Program-made: the position numbers and the translations under genes
Notes under the pieces: model-generated
What the model saw: the letters and a program-made list of their open reading frames with translations, nothing else
Databases searched by the model: none
What the model was told of the DNA's origin: nothing
Assembly (NCBI RefSeq): GCF_006345805.1
Contig: NC_043014.1
Span: forward strand, 23,312,001 to 23,376,000
Direction of reading: 5' to 3'
From: Octopus sinensis
Taxonomy: Eukaryota
Length of the DNA stretch: 64,000 nt
Part shown: positions 1-12,819 of the stretch, one piece after another
Layout of the letters: each line of letters starts with the position of its first letter
How positions within the stretch are numbered: position 1 is the first letter of the stretch

Positions 1-690
1 AACACTGATATCAAGAAATCCTCTTGCGAGCGTGACCTAGGCATCACTGTCAGCAGTGATTTGCGTTGGTCAAAGCATATCTCTAAGATTGTCAGGAAGG
101 CCGAGGGTGTCTTGGCATCACTCAGCAGGTCTTTTGTTAGCCGCTCTCCAGCCATCTATTTAAAACTGTATACAGCTATGGTACGACCACACTTGGAATT
201 CGCATCATCAGTTTGGAACCCCTATCTTGCACAGAACATTGATCTCCTGGAATCTGTCCAGAGACGTGCAACCAAACGCATACCCTCCATCAGACACCTA
301 CCATATTCTGAGCGCCTTGTTTCCCTGGGCATGGATTCACTGAAGCTCCGGCGTTTGGCGACGGACTTGGTAAACACCCACAAAGTTATCAACCACCTCA
401 CCAACAACAACACTGAACACCTTTTTGATCTCCATGTGTCTAACACACGTGGACATGCCTACAAAGTCAGAAAACAATACAGCTCCCATGACTTTCGGAA
501 ACATTTTTTCACGCTCAGAGTTGCTGAAGCATGGAATAAACTGCCTGCGTCAGTTGTTGACTGCCATGACACTGCATCTTTTAAGGCCCTCATGCTTTCC
601 GAAATCCGCCGAAACTACACCTGATTATATATACACTTTAGATGAGTTGTAGTGCACCTGAGCACTGTACACAATTATTATTATTATATA
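1..690 (+). mobile_element. CR1/L2-type LINE, 3' fragment (C-terminal ORF2 and 3' tail)
   Basis: ORF 61-624 has VRPHLEFASSVWNPY, LESVQRRATK, NTRGH..K and FFTLRVAEAWNKLP, typical of the CR1-group ORF2 C-terminus. It ends in (ATT)n. Confidence 0.9.
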
Positions 691-774
691 TGGGGGGGGG
701 GCAAAAGTCACACATATAGGACATTTGACATTATATATATATATGTATATTATTATTATTATTATTCATTTTTG

Positions 775-930
775 GTATTCTCTCTATTTCAATGTTCCAA
801 GTTCAAATTCTGCTGAAGTCGATTTTAACTTTTGTCCCTTCAGGGTCAGTAAAATAAGTACCAGTTAAGCACTGGGGTCAATGTATTGACTTAGCCTCTC
901 CCTTGAACTCTCTCTTGTGCCAAAATATGG
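775..930 (+). mobile_element. tRNA-derived SINE family B, headless copy
   Basis: Box B-like AAGTTCAAATTC followed by the body shared with the copies at 7008-7810, 56480-56680, 58260-58450 and 61350-61518. Confidence 0.65.
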
Positions 931-977
931 AGCTATTATTGTTCATCATGTACAAGTACATATGCATTCATCATTTC

Positions 978-1168
978 CTCTTTTACTTGTTTCAGTCATT
1001 TGACTGCGGTCATGCTGGAGCACCGCCTTTAGTCGAGCAAGTCGACCCCAGGACTTATTTTTTGGGATCCTAGTGCTTATTCTATCGGTCTCTTTTGCCG
1101 AACCGCTAAGTTACGGGGACGTAAACACACCACTATCAGTTGTCAAGCGATGTTAGGGGGGACAAACA

Positions 1169-1212
<44 letters not shown>

Positions 1213-1388
1213 CTCCTATATACGACAGGCTTCTTTCAGTTTCCGTCCACCAAATCCACTCACAAGGCTTTGGTCTGCCTGAGGCTATAGCAGAAGACAC
1301 TTGCCCAAGGTGCCATGCAGTGGGAATGACCCTGGAACCATATGGTTGGTAAACAAGCTACTTACCACACAGCCACTCCTATGCCTAT
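978..1388 (-). mobile_element. tRNA-derived SINE family A with CR1-type tail
   Basis: Minus strand: box A TGGCTGTGTGG, box B-like region, internal (TG)n, tail CAGTCAAATGACTGAAACAAGTAAAAGAG. Many similar copies in the window. Confidence 0.85.
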
Positions 1389-1788
1389 AATTATTTTATT
1401 TATTTTATTAAATTTTAGAAAAATTGGACCATGTGTTTGACAATTTTGGAGTGTATTGAATTTACTTGGTGCATGACTTTTGGACTGCCATCTATAATTA
1501 TTGGACTGCTAAATGGACTTCCTTGCTTCAGATCGCTGTGCTCTGGGTTCAAATTTTACTGCAATCATTTTTGATTTCATTTGTTCAGAGTTGATTAATA
1601 AAGTACTAGTCACAGATAGTGGGGTCACAGAATTGGTAGAGCACTGGATAAGCTGCCTTATTGAATCTGTTCCAGTTGTTTGTGTTCTGATAGCAACATC
1701 CGTAACAACACTAATATATGAGGAAACTAAGCCCTTGTGAATCTATCGAAGGAGAAGAGATAACTTGACGAAATTAAGAATAATGATG

Positions 1789-2228
1789 CAGGTATGGCTG
1801 TGTGGTTAAGAAGTTGCTTCCAAACCACATTGTTTTGGGCTCAGTCCCACTGCTTGGCACCTAGGGTAAAATCTCTTCAATTGTAGATCCATGCTGACCA
1901 AAGCCATGTGAGCAGATCTTGTTGATAAAAACTGAATGTTGTGTATGTAAAGTGTAAATGTGTGTGTGTGCACATGGAGGTGTGTATATGTGTTTCTGTC
2001 TTCTTGTCTTGACATTGCATGGTAGTTCTAAAAGAGCATTACTATCACACAAGTGATGTCCTTACTTTCTAATCTTGAAAATATGTCTGGCCATGGTGAA
2101 ACATTATCTTACTTAGTAACAGATGAGGGTTGGCAACAGGAAGAGCATCTGGCCTTAGAAAACCTACCTCAAGTATTCCATCCAACTCATGCAAGCATGG
2201 AAAATTGGGTGTTAAAATGATGATGAAT
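1789..2228 (+). mobile_element. SINE family A head with RTE-type tail
   Basis: Same head as family A (TGGCTGTGTGGTTAAG...GGGCTCAGTCCC). Its 3' end (GGTTGGCAACAGGAAGAGCATC...GCAAGCATGGAAAA...ATGATGATG) matches the RTE 3' end at 53555-53702. Confidence 0.7.
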
Positions 2229-2689
2229 GAACTTTTGAGTGAACACCTTCACATAAACACAGGTGAGATGAACTATTGAGGAACCTTCCATGTAGGTGTG
2301 TGATCTACTTGAAAAGATAGCCATTTCTTCTCTAATTCACTTCCTACTGTATTAGTAAATGACAGAAGGGATAATGAGGAACTGGTTCCATGTAAAGATA
2401 GGATGATCATAGAATGTGGTTGATCAATCAGGACCTGACCTCAGGTTAAACAACAAAAACAACATGGGAGAGCAAGACAGGCTTCTGCATAACCATCCAA
2501 CCTGCTAGAAATAATGTCTGTCTCTGGAAATCATACTTTATTGCCTTAAAATTAAAGAAAAGACACATTAAATAATATAGAACCGAAAGGGGAAAACGAA
2601 GTCTGTAAGGTCATGGCTGGAATGTTTTTGCTCATAGATTTGCTCAATCAATACCAGGTGGCTGGATCAGCTGTAAGAAAAAGATCAGT

Positions 2690-2960
2690 AGAAACTTATA
2701 CACCAGCCATTGAACAGTGCTGAACGAACTGTCATAATTGGTTTTGCCCTGATCAAGCATTAGCTTGGACACTGCAGTAGTATAGAAAGACCAATATTAG
2801 TATGGAAGACCACATCATCTGTGAGCTGTGGTTGGGCAATCATCATAAACATCTTTTAGTGGGAACTGTTCAAAACCAATCACAACAGCAAGCATTTGTT
2901 GAAGAGGGTTGTTTGGGTGATGTCATTGGCTCTCTAGAGCATTACAGAGATTGTGTTGCA
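2690..2960 (-). mobile_element. Possible degraded mariner transposase fragment
   Basis: Weak, frameshifted resemblance on the minus strand to the region after the first catalytic Asp (..PKQP..; G.TI..). Confidence 0.3.
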
Positions 2961-3127
2961 GTGTAGAAATATATTTATGATATTATGTGTGTGTGTGTGT
3001 GTGTGACTGTTGTTACGTGCCTTCACATTGTCATCATGTGAGTAAAAACACTATGTCCCATAATACTTTCATAAAAATGGTAGTGCGATGGTTATTGTTG
3101 CTCTTGAAACTACATTCTGAAGATTAT

Positions 3128-3348
3128 GTTTAGCTCTTTTGCATTCAGATTATTCTGTCAAATGTAATGTTTGTTTATTCCTGTTGTTTAAAATTAAACA
3201 TGGCTTATTTTATAACTGAGATTTCAATGAAATGATTGTTTAGTTTTAGAATGACATTATAGGATAGGTGTGAGAGGCTGGTCTACTCAGTTTGAACATA
3301 GGTAGAATATTTGGGCCAGATGTGACTGGTTGAAATACTAAAGGTCCA
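3128..3348. mobile_element. Degenerate piggyBac-like MITE
   Basis: Ends TTTAGCTCTTTTGCATTC and GAAATACTAAAGG resemble decayed TTAACCCTTT-type inverted termini. Confidence 0.4.
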
Positions 3349-3384
3349 ATAGTGTGCAGCAAACACAGGATCCCGTCATCCAAC

Positions 3385-3560
3385 TTATCCTTTTCTGAGA
3401 TGGTAGCATGTGATTTCAGGGAAAATTGACAGCTAATTCTAGCAAATTAAATTATAATGTAAATGCTCCCTCGTCAAGTCATATAATTTGAGATTTGGCT
3501 GCTATATCTAGCAGATCGAGTGACCATGTAGAAGGCCTTTCATTGAAAACCTTGGCTCTT
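3385..3560. repeat. Unclassified interspersed repeat family D (GGCTGCTATTTCTAGCAGGT core)
   Basis: The core occurs twice here and twice at 11600-11770, and in reverse orientation near 2495, 59775 and 60740. Confidence 0.6.
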
Positions 3561-4330
3561 TCTACAGTTATGTGGTACCCTTTGAAGTAATATAGCAACA
3601 AATAATCTGGGATAAGAGAGTTTTTCCCAATCTTATATCATTCTGCCTCCCTTCTTTCTCCACCCTCCTACTCTAGTGCAGCTTCCCTTCTACTGCTTGA
3701 AACCATCCTAACTACATTGGATGAGGAGTTTGCCCGCCTTCCTAATATGACTATAAAAGACAACAAACAATAGCCCCACCACCACCACCACTTCTATACA
3801 CACAATAATCAACTCCTCCTGGGATGGTGATATTGGTGGTGGCAATGTGTAGAAGGGTGATATAAAGTTTTCTTTTTACTTCCCAACTCCCCTCATTGAT
3901 CACTTCCCTTTCTCTTCATTCTTCACTATAAATTTACAACCTGCCAAAGATGACAAAATAACACCCCCAAATCTGCAATTATCTTATTTTGCACTGCAAT
4001 TCTCTTCTTCACCTCACAGAACAATTCACCTCTCTCTTATCCTTTCACAACATACATGTACACTGCTGTACAGGCATACCTATACACACACAAACACTCA
4101 TGTGACCCTCTCACTTCACCTCCCCACTTCATCTGAACTCTGTGGTCCTCTCTCTTTTCTCACATGGTCTCTCTCCCCTCCCACCACTCATTCTCCATCA
4201 CTCATTCTTTCTTGTTCTCTCATTTTCTCTTGGATTTCTTTCAGGCTTTCTTATTCACTCATACTCGTTTTCTCTCATTTTGCTGTATATTTTGCAATAG
4301 AAAAATTCAATTTTTCATTCACTACTACTT

Positions 4331-4394
<64 letters not shown>

Positions 4395-4415
4395 CAGCAG
4401 TAGTTGCTGTTGTTG
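4331..4415. repeat. (GTA)n microsatellite
   Basis: About 21 near-perfect GTA units followed by a degenerate tail. Confidence 0.95.
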
Positions 4416-4419
4416 TTAT

Positions 4420-6330
4420 ATGAAAACCCACAGCTTATATTGCTGTCCATAGCCAGCAGACTATGGTGACACTTTTTTATTGGTCATGCTTCAAGAACCC
4501 TGCAAAGAATTCTTGTAGTTCCAACCAATGCTGATTTTTGTAGGTGGTCTACTTTCACACTTGCACCAATCATTTTCAGCCATGTTGGTAGTTGAGTGCT
4601 GATACTTCCAAGTGCACCAATTACTATTGGTATCACGTTTGCTCTCTTCATTGACCACAACCTTTGTATTTCCCACTTTAAATCATCATAGTTGTTTATT
4701 TCTTCTTCTTCTTTCACATTGATCCTGTTGTCACTAGGGCATGCTATGTCGATCATCATATATGTTCATTCTTGTTTATTCACCACGCCAATGTCCAGTT
4801 TCCTATGTCTGGTCAGGTGATCACACTAGACCATTACATCCCACAGGATTTTGCAATTCTCATTTTTGATGACTCCTTCTGGGGTTTGTTCATACCACGT
4901 CTTTGCTCTTTGTAGGCTGTGATTTCCACAGAGTTACCAATGGATCATTCTTGCCACATTGTTATGGCGTCATTTGTATCTCATTGTGCCAATTTTGGGC
5001 ATTCGCTAACTATGTGCCATTCTGTTTACCCCCTCTCACCACACATTCAGCCTTTGTCGCTATCGGTAGTGTTGTCTATTCTGCACTTCATATAATTGAT
5101 CCTTAATGCTTGTTCCTGAGTTGCACATATGGGTGCTTCTGTCTCTATCTTCTGGTCACTCCTCCTCATCTATAGCCCCGGACCTCTGCATTTGTCTTGG
5201 CATTCACATCTCTTGCAAACTGACTGTGCATTTTTTTCCTTCCATGCTTTTTCTTATTTCTTGTTTAAATTTTTCTTTAGTTAATCAATTTTCAGTTTTG
5301 ATGATGCTGGCCTTCTTCATGTTTCGACAGTGGCTCCATGGCATTTTTTATATCCTACCCTAAGCTGTTTTCCTCTGCTTAATACAGTCCTGGCAACTGA
5401 TCAAACCTCTCCCACCCTTTCTTCTGGACAAGTACAGCCTATCAGTGTCTCTCTTAGGGTGGAAGGCTCCATGTACTGTCAACATTTTCCTGGTCTTGGT
5501 AGCCATTTTCTTCATTTCTCTCTTTTGCCATTTTATAAATCCCGCTCCATACCGGAGTGATGCTATTGCCCAAGTATTAACTGCTTGGATTTTATTCCGT
5601 CCAGTCAATATTGAGCGCAGCACCAATCTCAGTCTTCAGAAATACTCCATCATCAGTTGGTCTTTCATTTCCTTTTCCATTATCTCATTGCACTCTAGTA
5701 CACCAAGGTATTTGTATCCTTCCATTTCAGTTTACTTAATCAGGCCTCTATTCGGTAATTCTATCCCTGCTAGAGACTGTACCTTTCTTTTTTTAGGTAG
5801 ATTATTCCACACTTCTTGAGTCCAAATTCCATTCTAATATCAGTACTAAAACAGTGGACCGTGTTCACCAAGGAATTCACTTGTGTCTCGTCTTTGCCAT
5901 TCCATTTCAAATCATCCATGAAGAGGTGGGTGATTGATTATTTGGGATTTTTCCTTTAGTTGGTACCCCCAGTACTGGCACTACACTGTTCAAAGAGTTT
6001 ATATCTTCAGAAATTCTCCTTTTCTACCACAGTTGTTTATTTCCTCTTTTATCTGTTGCTGTTCTGTTCTCAGTAGTTCTCAGTCCCATCCTTTCTGCCA
6101 CAATCCTACTAGCAGCTTTGATAAGATTATTTGTTTGTGTGATATTCTTTGTTTCAATGTGTCTCAGTACATTATTGACTTTACTCATCTCTTGATTTAG
6201 TCTCCATCGGTTAGCCTTCTTAACGTCACACATATATTCTGTCCCTTCTGTATTTAATAGATCCAAAATTCTGTCTATTATTAATCAATTTTCATTGTTT
6301 GAGTAGTCACTGATCTCAATTCTTTCACAA
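4420..6330 (-). mobile_element. R4/Dong-clade non-LTR retrotransposon with restriction-like endonuclease, degraded and internally deleted
   Basis: Fragments FMDDLK, NKIQAVNTWA..LRYGAG, GAFHPKRDTDRLYLSRRKGGRGLIS, and C-terminal IDIACPSD..KE.E..YDDLKWEIQRLW..IPIVIGALG. Many stops and frameshifts; most of the RT is missing. Confidence 0.85.
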
Positions 6331-6807
6331 TTCATAAGTTTCTGTAGCGTTTTTGCCTGGCTTAACATAAAACAGCAAGCTTCCAAATTGTCTTCACGTC
6401 CCAACTGCACTCTGCAAACTAGTCACCTGTAACAAGTAGTGTTTTGGAGGATGTGTTCAAAGTGCTGTTTCAGCCATTTCCTTTAAACCAAAATAACAGA
6501 AGTTGACAGGTCAGCTTATTAGATGTGAAGGAATGATATACTAAAATTACAATAATTTAGGACAGTTATAACTGCCTTTCTCAAAAAAGTCTCAAAACTT
6601 TTGGAATGCACCTTGTAACTCAATGCTAACTGGTGCTTGTTTTATTGACACTGGAAGATGTAAAGTAAAATCTGCCTCAGCAACAGTTGAACTTGGAAAA
6701 TAAAAGGAGACATTATTAGTAAATCACATTACTTAATATATACTAAATACCAAAACACATCCAGCACCCTACAGTTGCTGCCATCCACCATACTGCTGCT
6801 ACTCATA

Positions 6808-7000
6808 ATTTCAGGTTCATGAAGGCTCCATGGAGCTCCTCCATAGGGAAGGTGCCTGGGACCCTTGTCACTACCTCCTTCATCTTCAGTTTGGCAAACA
6901 ACTAAATGTCACTGGGAACAAGTTCTGGATTGTAAGGAGAGTGAGGGACAATTTTGATGCTTATATCAGAATGGCATTGAGAACTGATGCAGGTTCTCTG
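6808..7000 (-). mobile_element. Mariner transposase C-terminal fragment
   Basis: Minus-strand translation IKIVPHSPYNPELVPSDI*LFAKLK is a degenerate HPPYSPDLAPxDxxLFxxLK motif. Confidence 0.7.
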
Positions 7001-7007
7001 GCTTTTT

Positions 7008-7810
7008 GCACCTGAAACTTTGGAGGGGGCTAGTCAATTTCATCAACCCCAGCGCATGACTGGTATTCATTTTGTCGACCCCAAAAGGATTAAAGGCAAA
7101 GTCAACTTCAACAGAATTTCAATTCAGAGTTTTTTTTAACTCTGAATTGCTGCTAAGCATTTTGTCCGGCATGTTAATGATTCTGTCAGCTCACTGTCTT
7201 TATTTCTACTACTCATAATGGTTTAAAATTTTGGCACAAGGCCAGTAATTTCGGGGAGGGGTAAGCTAATTACATTGACCCGAGCGCTCAACTGGTACTT
7301 TTTTTATCAGCCCCAAAATCTGAACTGCAAAGTCAACCACAGCAGAATTTGAACTCAGAACATAAAGATGGGCAAAATACTGCTAAACATTTTGCCTAGC
7401 ATACTAATGATTCTGCCAACTCATCGCCTTTATTTCTACTACTCATTATAAAATCCATTTTTAAATAGGTACAAGGCTTGAAATTCGGAGGAGGTGAAGG
7501 GTTTAGTCAATTAAATCACTCACAGTTCTTGACTGATATTTTATTTTATTGACCCAGGAAGGATGAAATGCAGAGTTGATCTCAGAATTTAAAGTACTTA
7601 AACAAGTGCTACAAGGGATTTTCACCAATGCTCTACTAATTCTACCAGTTCAATTCTGCAATGCTTCAAATTTTAGACATAAGGCTGGAATTAAAGAGAA
7701 GAGGTTAGTTGATTAGGTGAACCCCAGTATTTCACTGGTTCTTTATTTTATCAACCCTCAAAGGATGAAAGGCAAAGTTGACTTCAGTGTGGTTTGAACT
7801 GAGAATATAC
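7008..7810 (-). mobile_element. Cluster of four SINE family B copies in the same orientation
   Basis: Copies at about 7008-7200, 7217-7430, 7465-7650 and 7668-7810. Minus-strand head AAGGCGATGAGTTGGCAGAATC (box A) and GAGTTCAAATTC (box B). Confidence 0.8.
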
Positions 7811-8155
7811 AGAGCCAAAACAAATACTGTGTAGTTATGTCAGTATGTGACTACCTACAATTTTACAATTGCATGTGAGAAAGAGGGGTCACCATCTTGT
7901 ATGTAAAATGACAAGAAAAGAATTCGTCAGACATTCATAATAAGTCATAACATATTTATTACTGGATGTAATGCGTTAACATATAAGAATGGTTTGAAAC
8001 AAAAGGCTTGTAACATATTACATGAACATACTTTGCAACCACATGTCTTAAAGCAAATGAGGCGAATATGTGGGTATGAGTGGTGTGACTCAATGCGTAC
8101 ACCTAGGAACCAACAGACAATAGGCTTGCGAAATTAAAATTGCATTCACTTTATA

Positions 8156-8157
8156 TA

Positions 8158-8194
<37 letters not shown>

Positions 8195-10295
8195 ATTTGG
8201 CTCAAAAGCAAATAGCAAGGCCATGTAGGGGGACATGGAGTTAAGTACAGGATGGTGTTCATGTAAAGAGTTCAGGCCACTTGAGGTCCAGGGAAGCTTT
8301 GAACAAAGCGGTCGTCGGCATCTTCACCATCTCGTCTGGCAGCTTGTTCCACGGATCCGCAACCCAGACGGAGAAAGCTCCTCTCCTTCGATTGAGATGA
8401 AATCGTCGCAGGTAGAGCTTTTCGGAATGACCCCGCAGCCGACGCTCCGGAGCAGGAGTGAAGAACAGCTCTTTCGAGAGGTTACACTTCCCGCTTATGA
8501 TGTGGGCGAGAATGAATCACCACGGCGGCGGCGTTTTTCAAGAGAATAAAGGTCGAGCGTCCTCAGCCTTTCTTCGTAGGACAAATTTTTGAGACCATGA
8601 ACCAGGCGGGTAGCCAGCCTCTGGACTCTTTCGAGGTGCTGTATGTCTTTGAGGAGATAAGGAGAAGAGGCTTGAATCCCATACTCCAATATGGGTCTCA
8701 CCAGCGTGACATAGAGTGGCAGGAATATAGCTGCTGTGAGCATTCCGAATGACCGTCGAATCAAAAACAGAATTCCGCGCGCTTTGTTGGCAGCATGGAC
8801 GCACTGTGCCGAAGGCGAAAAGGAGGAATCCACCAAGATACCCAGGTCCTTTACCTGATCGGTCCTCTCCAGCAGCAGACGACCCGGCTCGAAATCAAGT
8901 TGAGTTGCAGGAGTAGAGCCGACAGGCAGATGACAGCACTTTGACACGTTCAGACACAGGTCCCAATCGTTAGACCACTTCCAAATTTGGTGGAGGCATC
9001 GACGAAGATCCTCTATACTACCGCGAGGAGCGACCAGTTTGATATCGTCAGCAAATAGAAGGGTGTGTTGCATGAGGTCGTCGGGCAAGTCATTTATGAA
9101 GACTAAGAACAACAACCTGGAGACGTCGGACCGCGAACCATTAACTTGAACTTGAAAGGCGCGATCTGAGAGGAAGGCACCAACCCATCGTACAATATCC
9201 GGATGGAAACTATATGCTTGAAGCTTGACAAGTAGTAGGCGGTGGTTTACCGAGTCAAAAGCTTTGGCAAAGTCCAATAAAACGATGTCAACAGCATCAC
9301 TATCATCGAGGATGCGCGTCACCAATTCTTCCATTACTAGTAAGTTGGTCAAGCATGATCTCTTCGGCACGAAGCCGTGTTGGGAATCAGTGATCGAGGC
9401 TGTGCTTAGGAGGTGGAGCATCATACTTTTCTTAAGGATGGTTTCGAACATCTTGCTGATTATTGTTGTAAGGGAAACCGGTCGGTAGTTAAGCGGGTCT
9501 TCGCGGCTCCCTTTCTTGAAAATTGGGCAGATTATCGCTGTTCTCCAGTCTGCAGGTATAACACCCGTCGCCAATGACATATTGAATAGTCGTGTTAAGG
9601 GCTCGCAGATGACCGGAGCCAACGCTTTGATAACCCGTGGGTGTATGCCGTCAGGGCCGTGACCCTTGTTGACATCGAGGCCTTGAATAACACGTTTGAC
9701 TTGGTCCCGCGTGATGATCAATCGAAGCATTGGAGGTACCGATCTATCAAATGGAGGGGGTTCACGACCATCATCTTGTTTGAAAATAGTTGAAAAAGCC
9801 TTGGCAAATAGTTGACTCTGTTGATAAGAGTCCTCAATCGATACGCCTGTTGAGTCTACCAACGTTGCAATCTGGTTGCTCAAGCGGGAATTCCGCTGGA
9901 CATGGGCAAAGAAGGTTTTTGGATTGCTACAGGCATTTGCCGCGATTTTGTATTCATAACTGAAGCGTTCTTTCTTTTCAATTTTCACGGCTCGGTCTCG
10001 TTGAGTTTTGTACACCTCAAAAGCTGCAGTCGAATCCAGATTTTTGAATTCAGCCCAAGCAATATCTCTGAGTCGACGTTCTCGTTTAACCTTCTTCGTC
10101 ACCCAGGGCTTGTGTTTCTTCCTCTTGGGAAGTCCAACGGGAACTGCCTGGTCAGTCAAACAGATTACATATGCTTTGAGGGATGACCATAGTTCGTCAA
10201 CTGAGGACAACGTCATCAGGGAACGCCAGTCCAGAAGCGCGGAAGCCTCGGTTAGAATATAAGGGACGAACCAGAAGTCCCTGACTTCCACATCA
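8156..10295 (-). mobile_element. CR1-group LINE, 5'-truncated, with RT domain and (AACT)n tail
   Basis: 598-aa ORF with GPDGIHP, NYRPVSL, SQHGF, LDFAKAFDSV, FADD and KDLGI. Frameshift near 8505. Tail TTGAGCCAAATT(AACT)n. Confidence 0.95.
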
Positions 10296-10734
10296 TCTGG
10301 AAGTTAATTTAAAGCTTCTAGAGTATCCAAGAATGTCAAGGGAGATTACTCTCATTAGATCCCTTTTTCGTTTTGCTTTCTTGCTTGACCGCCAGGGGTC
10401 ACTACAACTGCAGAGCATTTTTTTCTGATGCTGTAATGTTTCTTGTTTGGCAATAAGTAATTGCTTTCGATCTAAACACAAGGCCAGTAATTTTGATGGG
10501 TACAAGTATTCCAGCACTTTACAATATTTTATCAACCTCAAAAGGATGGAAAACAAAACTAGCCTGTGTGGGATTTTAACTCAGAAAGCGAAGGCCATAT
10601 CCAAATACCCTAACAAAAGGGCATCAAGCTGAAGAAATCAAGCCCAAAATCAGACTGAAACTTGGTGCAGCTCTCCTGTTTGCCAGCTCTGGTTAAACCA
10701 CCCAACTCATGCCAGCATGAAAAACAAACATTAA

Positions 10735-10873
10735 CCCTTTTGTTAACAAAGAATTTAGTAAAATAACTTAGTTATCATTAAGCTAGTGTTAGGTTTAAAT
10801 TCAGAACTTTTGGAAACAAGACATTTGTACAGCAGAGCCAGAGGCAGTTTCAAGCAGGTTGGTATCAAAAGGG
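10735..10873. mobile_element. piggyBac-type MITE (139 bp)
   Basis: TTAA at 10731-10734 and 10874-10877. Inverted termini CCCTTTTGTTAAC / GGTATCAAAAGGG. Confidence 0.75.
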
Positions 10874-10877
10874 TTAA

Positions 10878-11075
10878 ATAATAATAATGATGATGATGAT
10901 GGTGAAGAAGAAGAAGAATTCTGCCAATCTACTACTACTACCACCACAACCACCACCACTATTACTATTATCACCACTGCCATTACTGTTATTACTACTA
11001 CTATTAATAATAATAACAATACTATTAATAATAATATTGATGATAATAATAACAACGATAATAATACCTAACAAC
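10878..11075. repeat. Compound trinucleotide microsatellite (AAT/GAT/GAA/ACT/ACC)
   Basis: Seen directly; accounts for the low-complexity ORFs at 10801-11104. Confidence 0.9.
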
Positions 11076-12249
11076 AAAAGATTATCAGTTTCTGGATGAA
11101 ACAAGCTGCTATGTAATTTCTTGCTCTAAGCAAAATCCCTTCCACCCCACTACACCAAACTGCCACCTTACACACAAATATAACCATTACTATCACCACA
11201 CCACATCAGATCAACATAACTATCATCACCCCTTTGTCTTTTTCTTTTTTTATTATTTTTGTCTTATTTTACTTTACTTCCTCATAAGATTCGTAATCGG
11301 AGGAAATATAATTTGAGAGCAGCTTTTCTTGATAATGAAGGGTTATCCATTATCTGTCTTTAATTCTTTTTAATGTATTTCTTTTAATATTGAAGGCCTG
11401 AACTAGGTTAAGGGGTATAATCAACAAGGCTTTGTGTTTCTTATAAGTATGTACAGAGTATTTCATTGTTTGTCAAATTTTATGTATGTTACTTTTGTTG
11501 TTGCTTTTGCCCTAGCTTATTCCCAATCAAGAATACATATAATCATAAGCATTCCAGCCCTGACCAGCCTGTTTTAGTTTCTGCACATATATTTAGAACG
11601 ACATTATCCAACAGTAAGGTGTGATTTAAGGGGGTTTTGACTGCTATTTCTAGAAAATTGTATGACTGTCTAAGGTCTCTCATCTTTAAGACTGTGGGGA
11701 GTGATTTAAGAGTGATAGGGCTGCTATTTTTAGCAGGTCATGCGACCACATAGAAGTTCCTTTGTTAGTTGTGTGTATGTTGATTTAAGAATGTTGGTCA
11801 AAGGCCTAATTCATGGAAGCAGTATCAGTATATGAACAGCTTTCATCTGCTAAATTCCACTCGAAAGATATTGGTCAACCATAGGATATAGTAAAAAACT
11901 TTCCCATGGTACCACACAGCAGGACCAAACCCTGAAGCACAGTTTCTTGCAAAGCATTCACATTTGTATCCCCTCTTTTATTTTTCTCTACATTTTCTTA
12001 CAGGCATTGTCCTGCATAGCCTGTGTCAGTTTCACCAACACACAAACACATGCACACACACATATGTATGTGCATGTGTGTATTACCCCTTTAAATACCT
12101 GACATAATTCTCATGGGTTTCTATCGTTCTTTGCTTCACTATTGCCTTTTGCTGCTATTTCGATTTTCTTGTGGCAAAGCTAACCATTTCTTCCATTTCT
12201 TGTTTGTGATGTGCCCACTTTTTCCCACCCCTACCATCGTATTGGTGGA

Positions 12250-12354
12250 AATCCCTTCTCTCATACCGGAAATCTCTTCTTTTATGCTGTTAATCTCTTC
12301 TCTTATAACAGTAATCTCTTCTCTTATACCAGTAGTCTCTTCTCTTATACCAAA
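12250..12354. repeat. 21-bp minisatellite, 5 units
   Basis: Units of consensus AATCTCTTCTCTTATACCAGT start at 12250, 12271, 12292, 12313 and 12334. Confidence 0.9.
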
Positions 12355-12465
12355 AGCTCCCACAGAGCTCCACCTCACTTCTGCACCAGAAGACCTACAT
12401 ACCTTTGTTTCTCCCTCCCTTCCAAACCATCTTCTTATTTCTTCCCTACTCCCTCTCTCTCTCTC

Positions 12466-12501
<36 letters not shown>

Positions 12502-12819
12502 ACACACACACACACCACACACACACACACACACATATATATAATGAACTAACCCAACCAAATAGCAGTCCATTTGCTTACTTAATTTAACATTGGCATA
12601 TTTATATCTATATTTGCAGCTGCAGTAACGCTTATATTTACAATGCTTACCTTACTCTCATCCCCAGTAGAGGCAACAATTTTAACTTGTTTGAATGATG
12701 ATAGGTTAAAAGCAAGAGCAACTGTTATGACATGTCTGGTATCAAACGATCATGGAAACCTTCTTTCCAGGCGCTGAATAACACCTCTCCTTCCCATGTT
12801 CCCTCTCATATCCCCTTCC

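Noticed and set aside
4102-4452. Poly-Ser ORF
   Set aside because: It is a translation of (AGT)n plus CT-rich low-complexity sequence.
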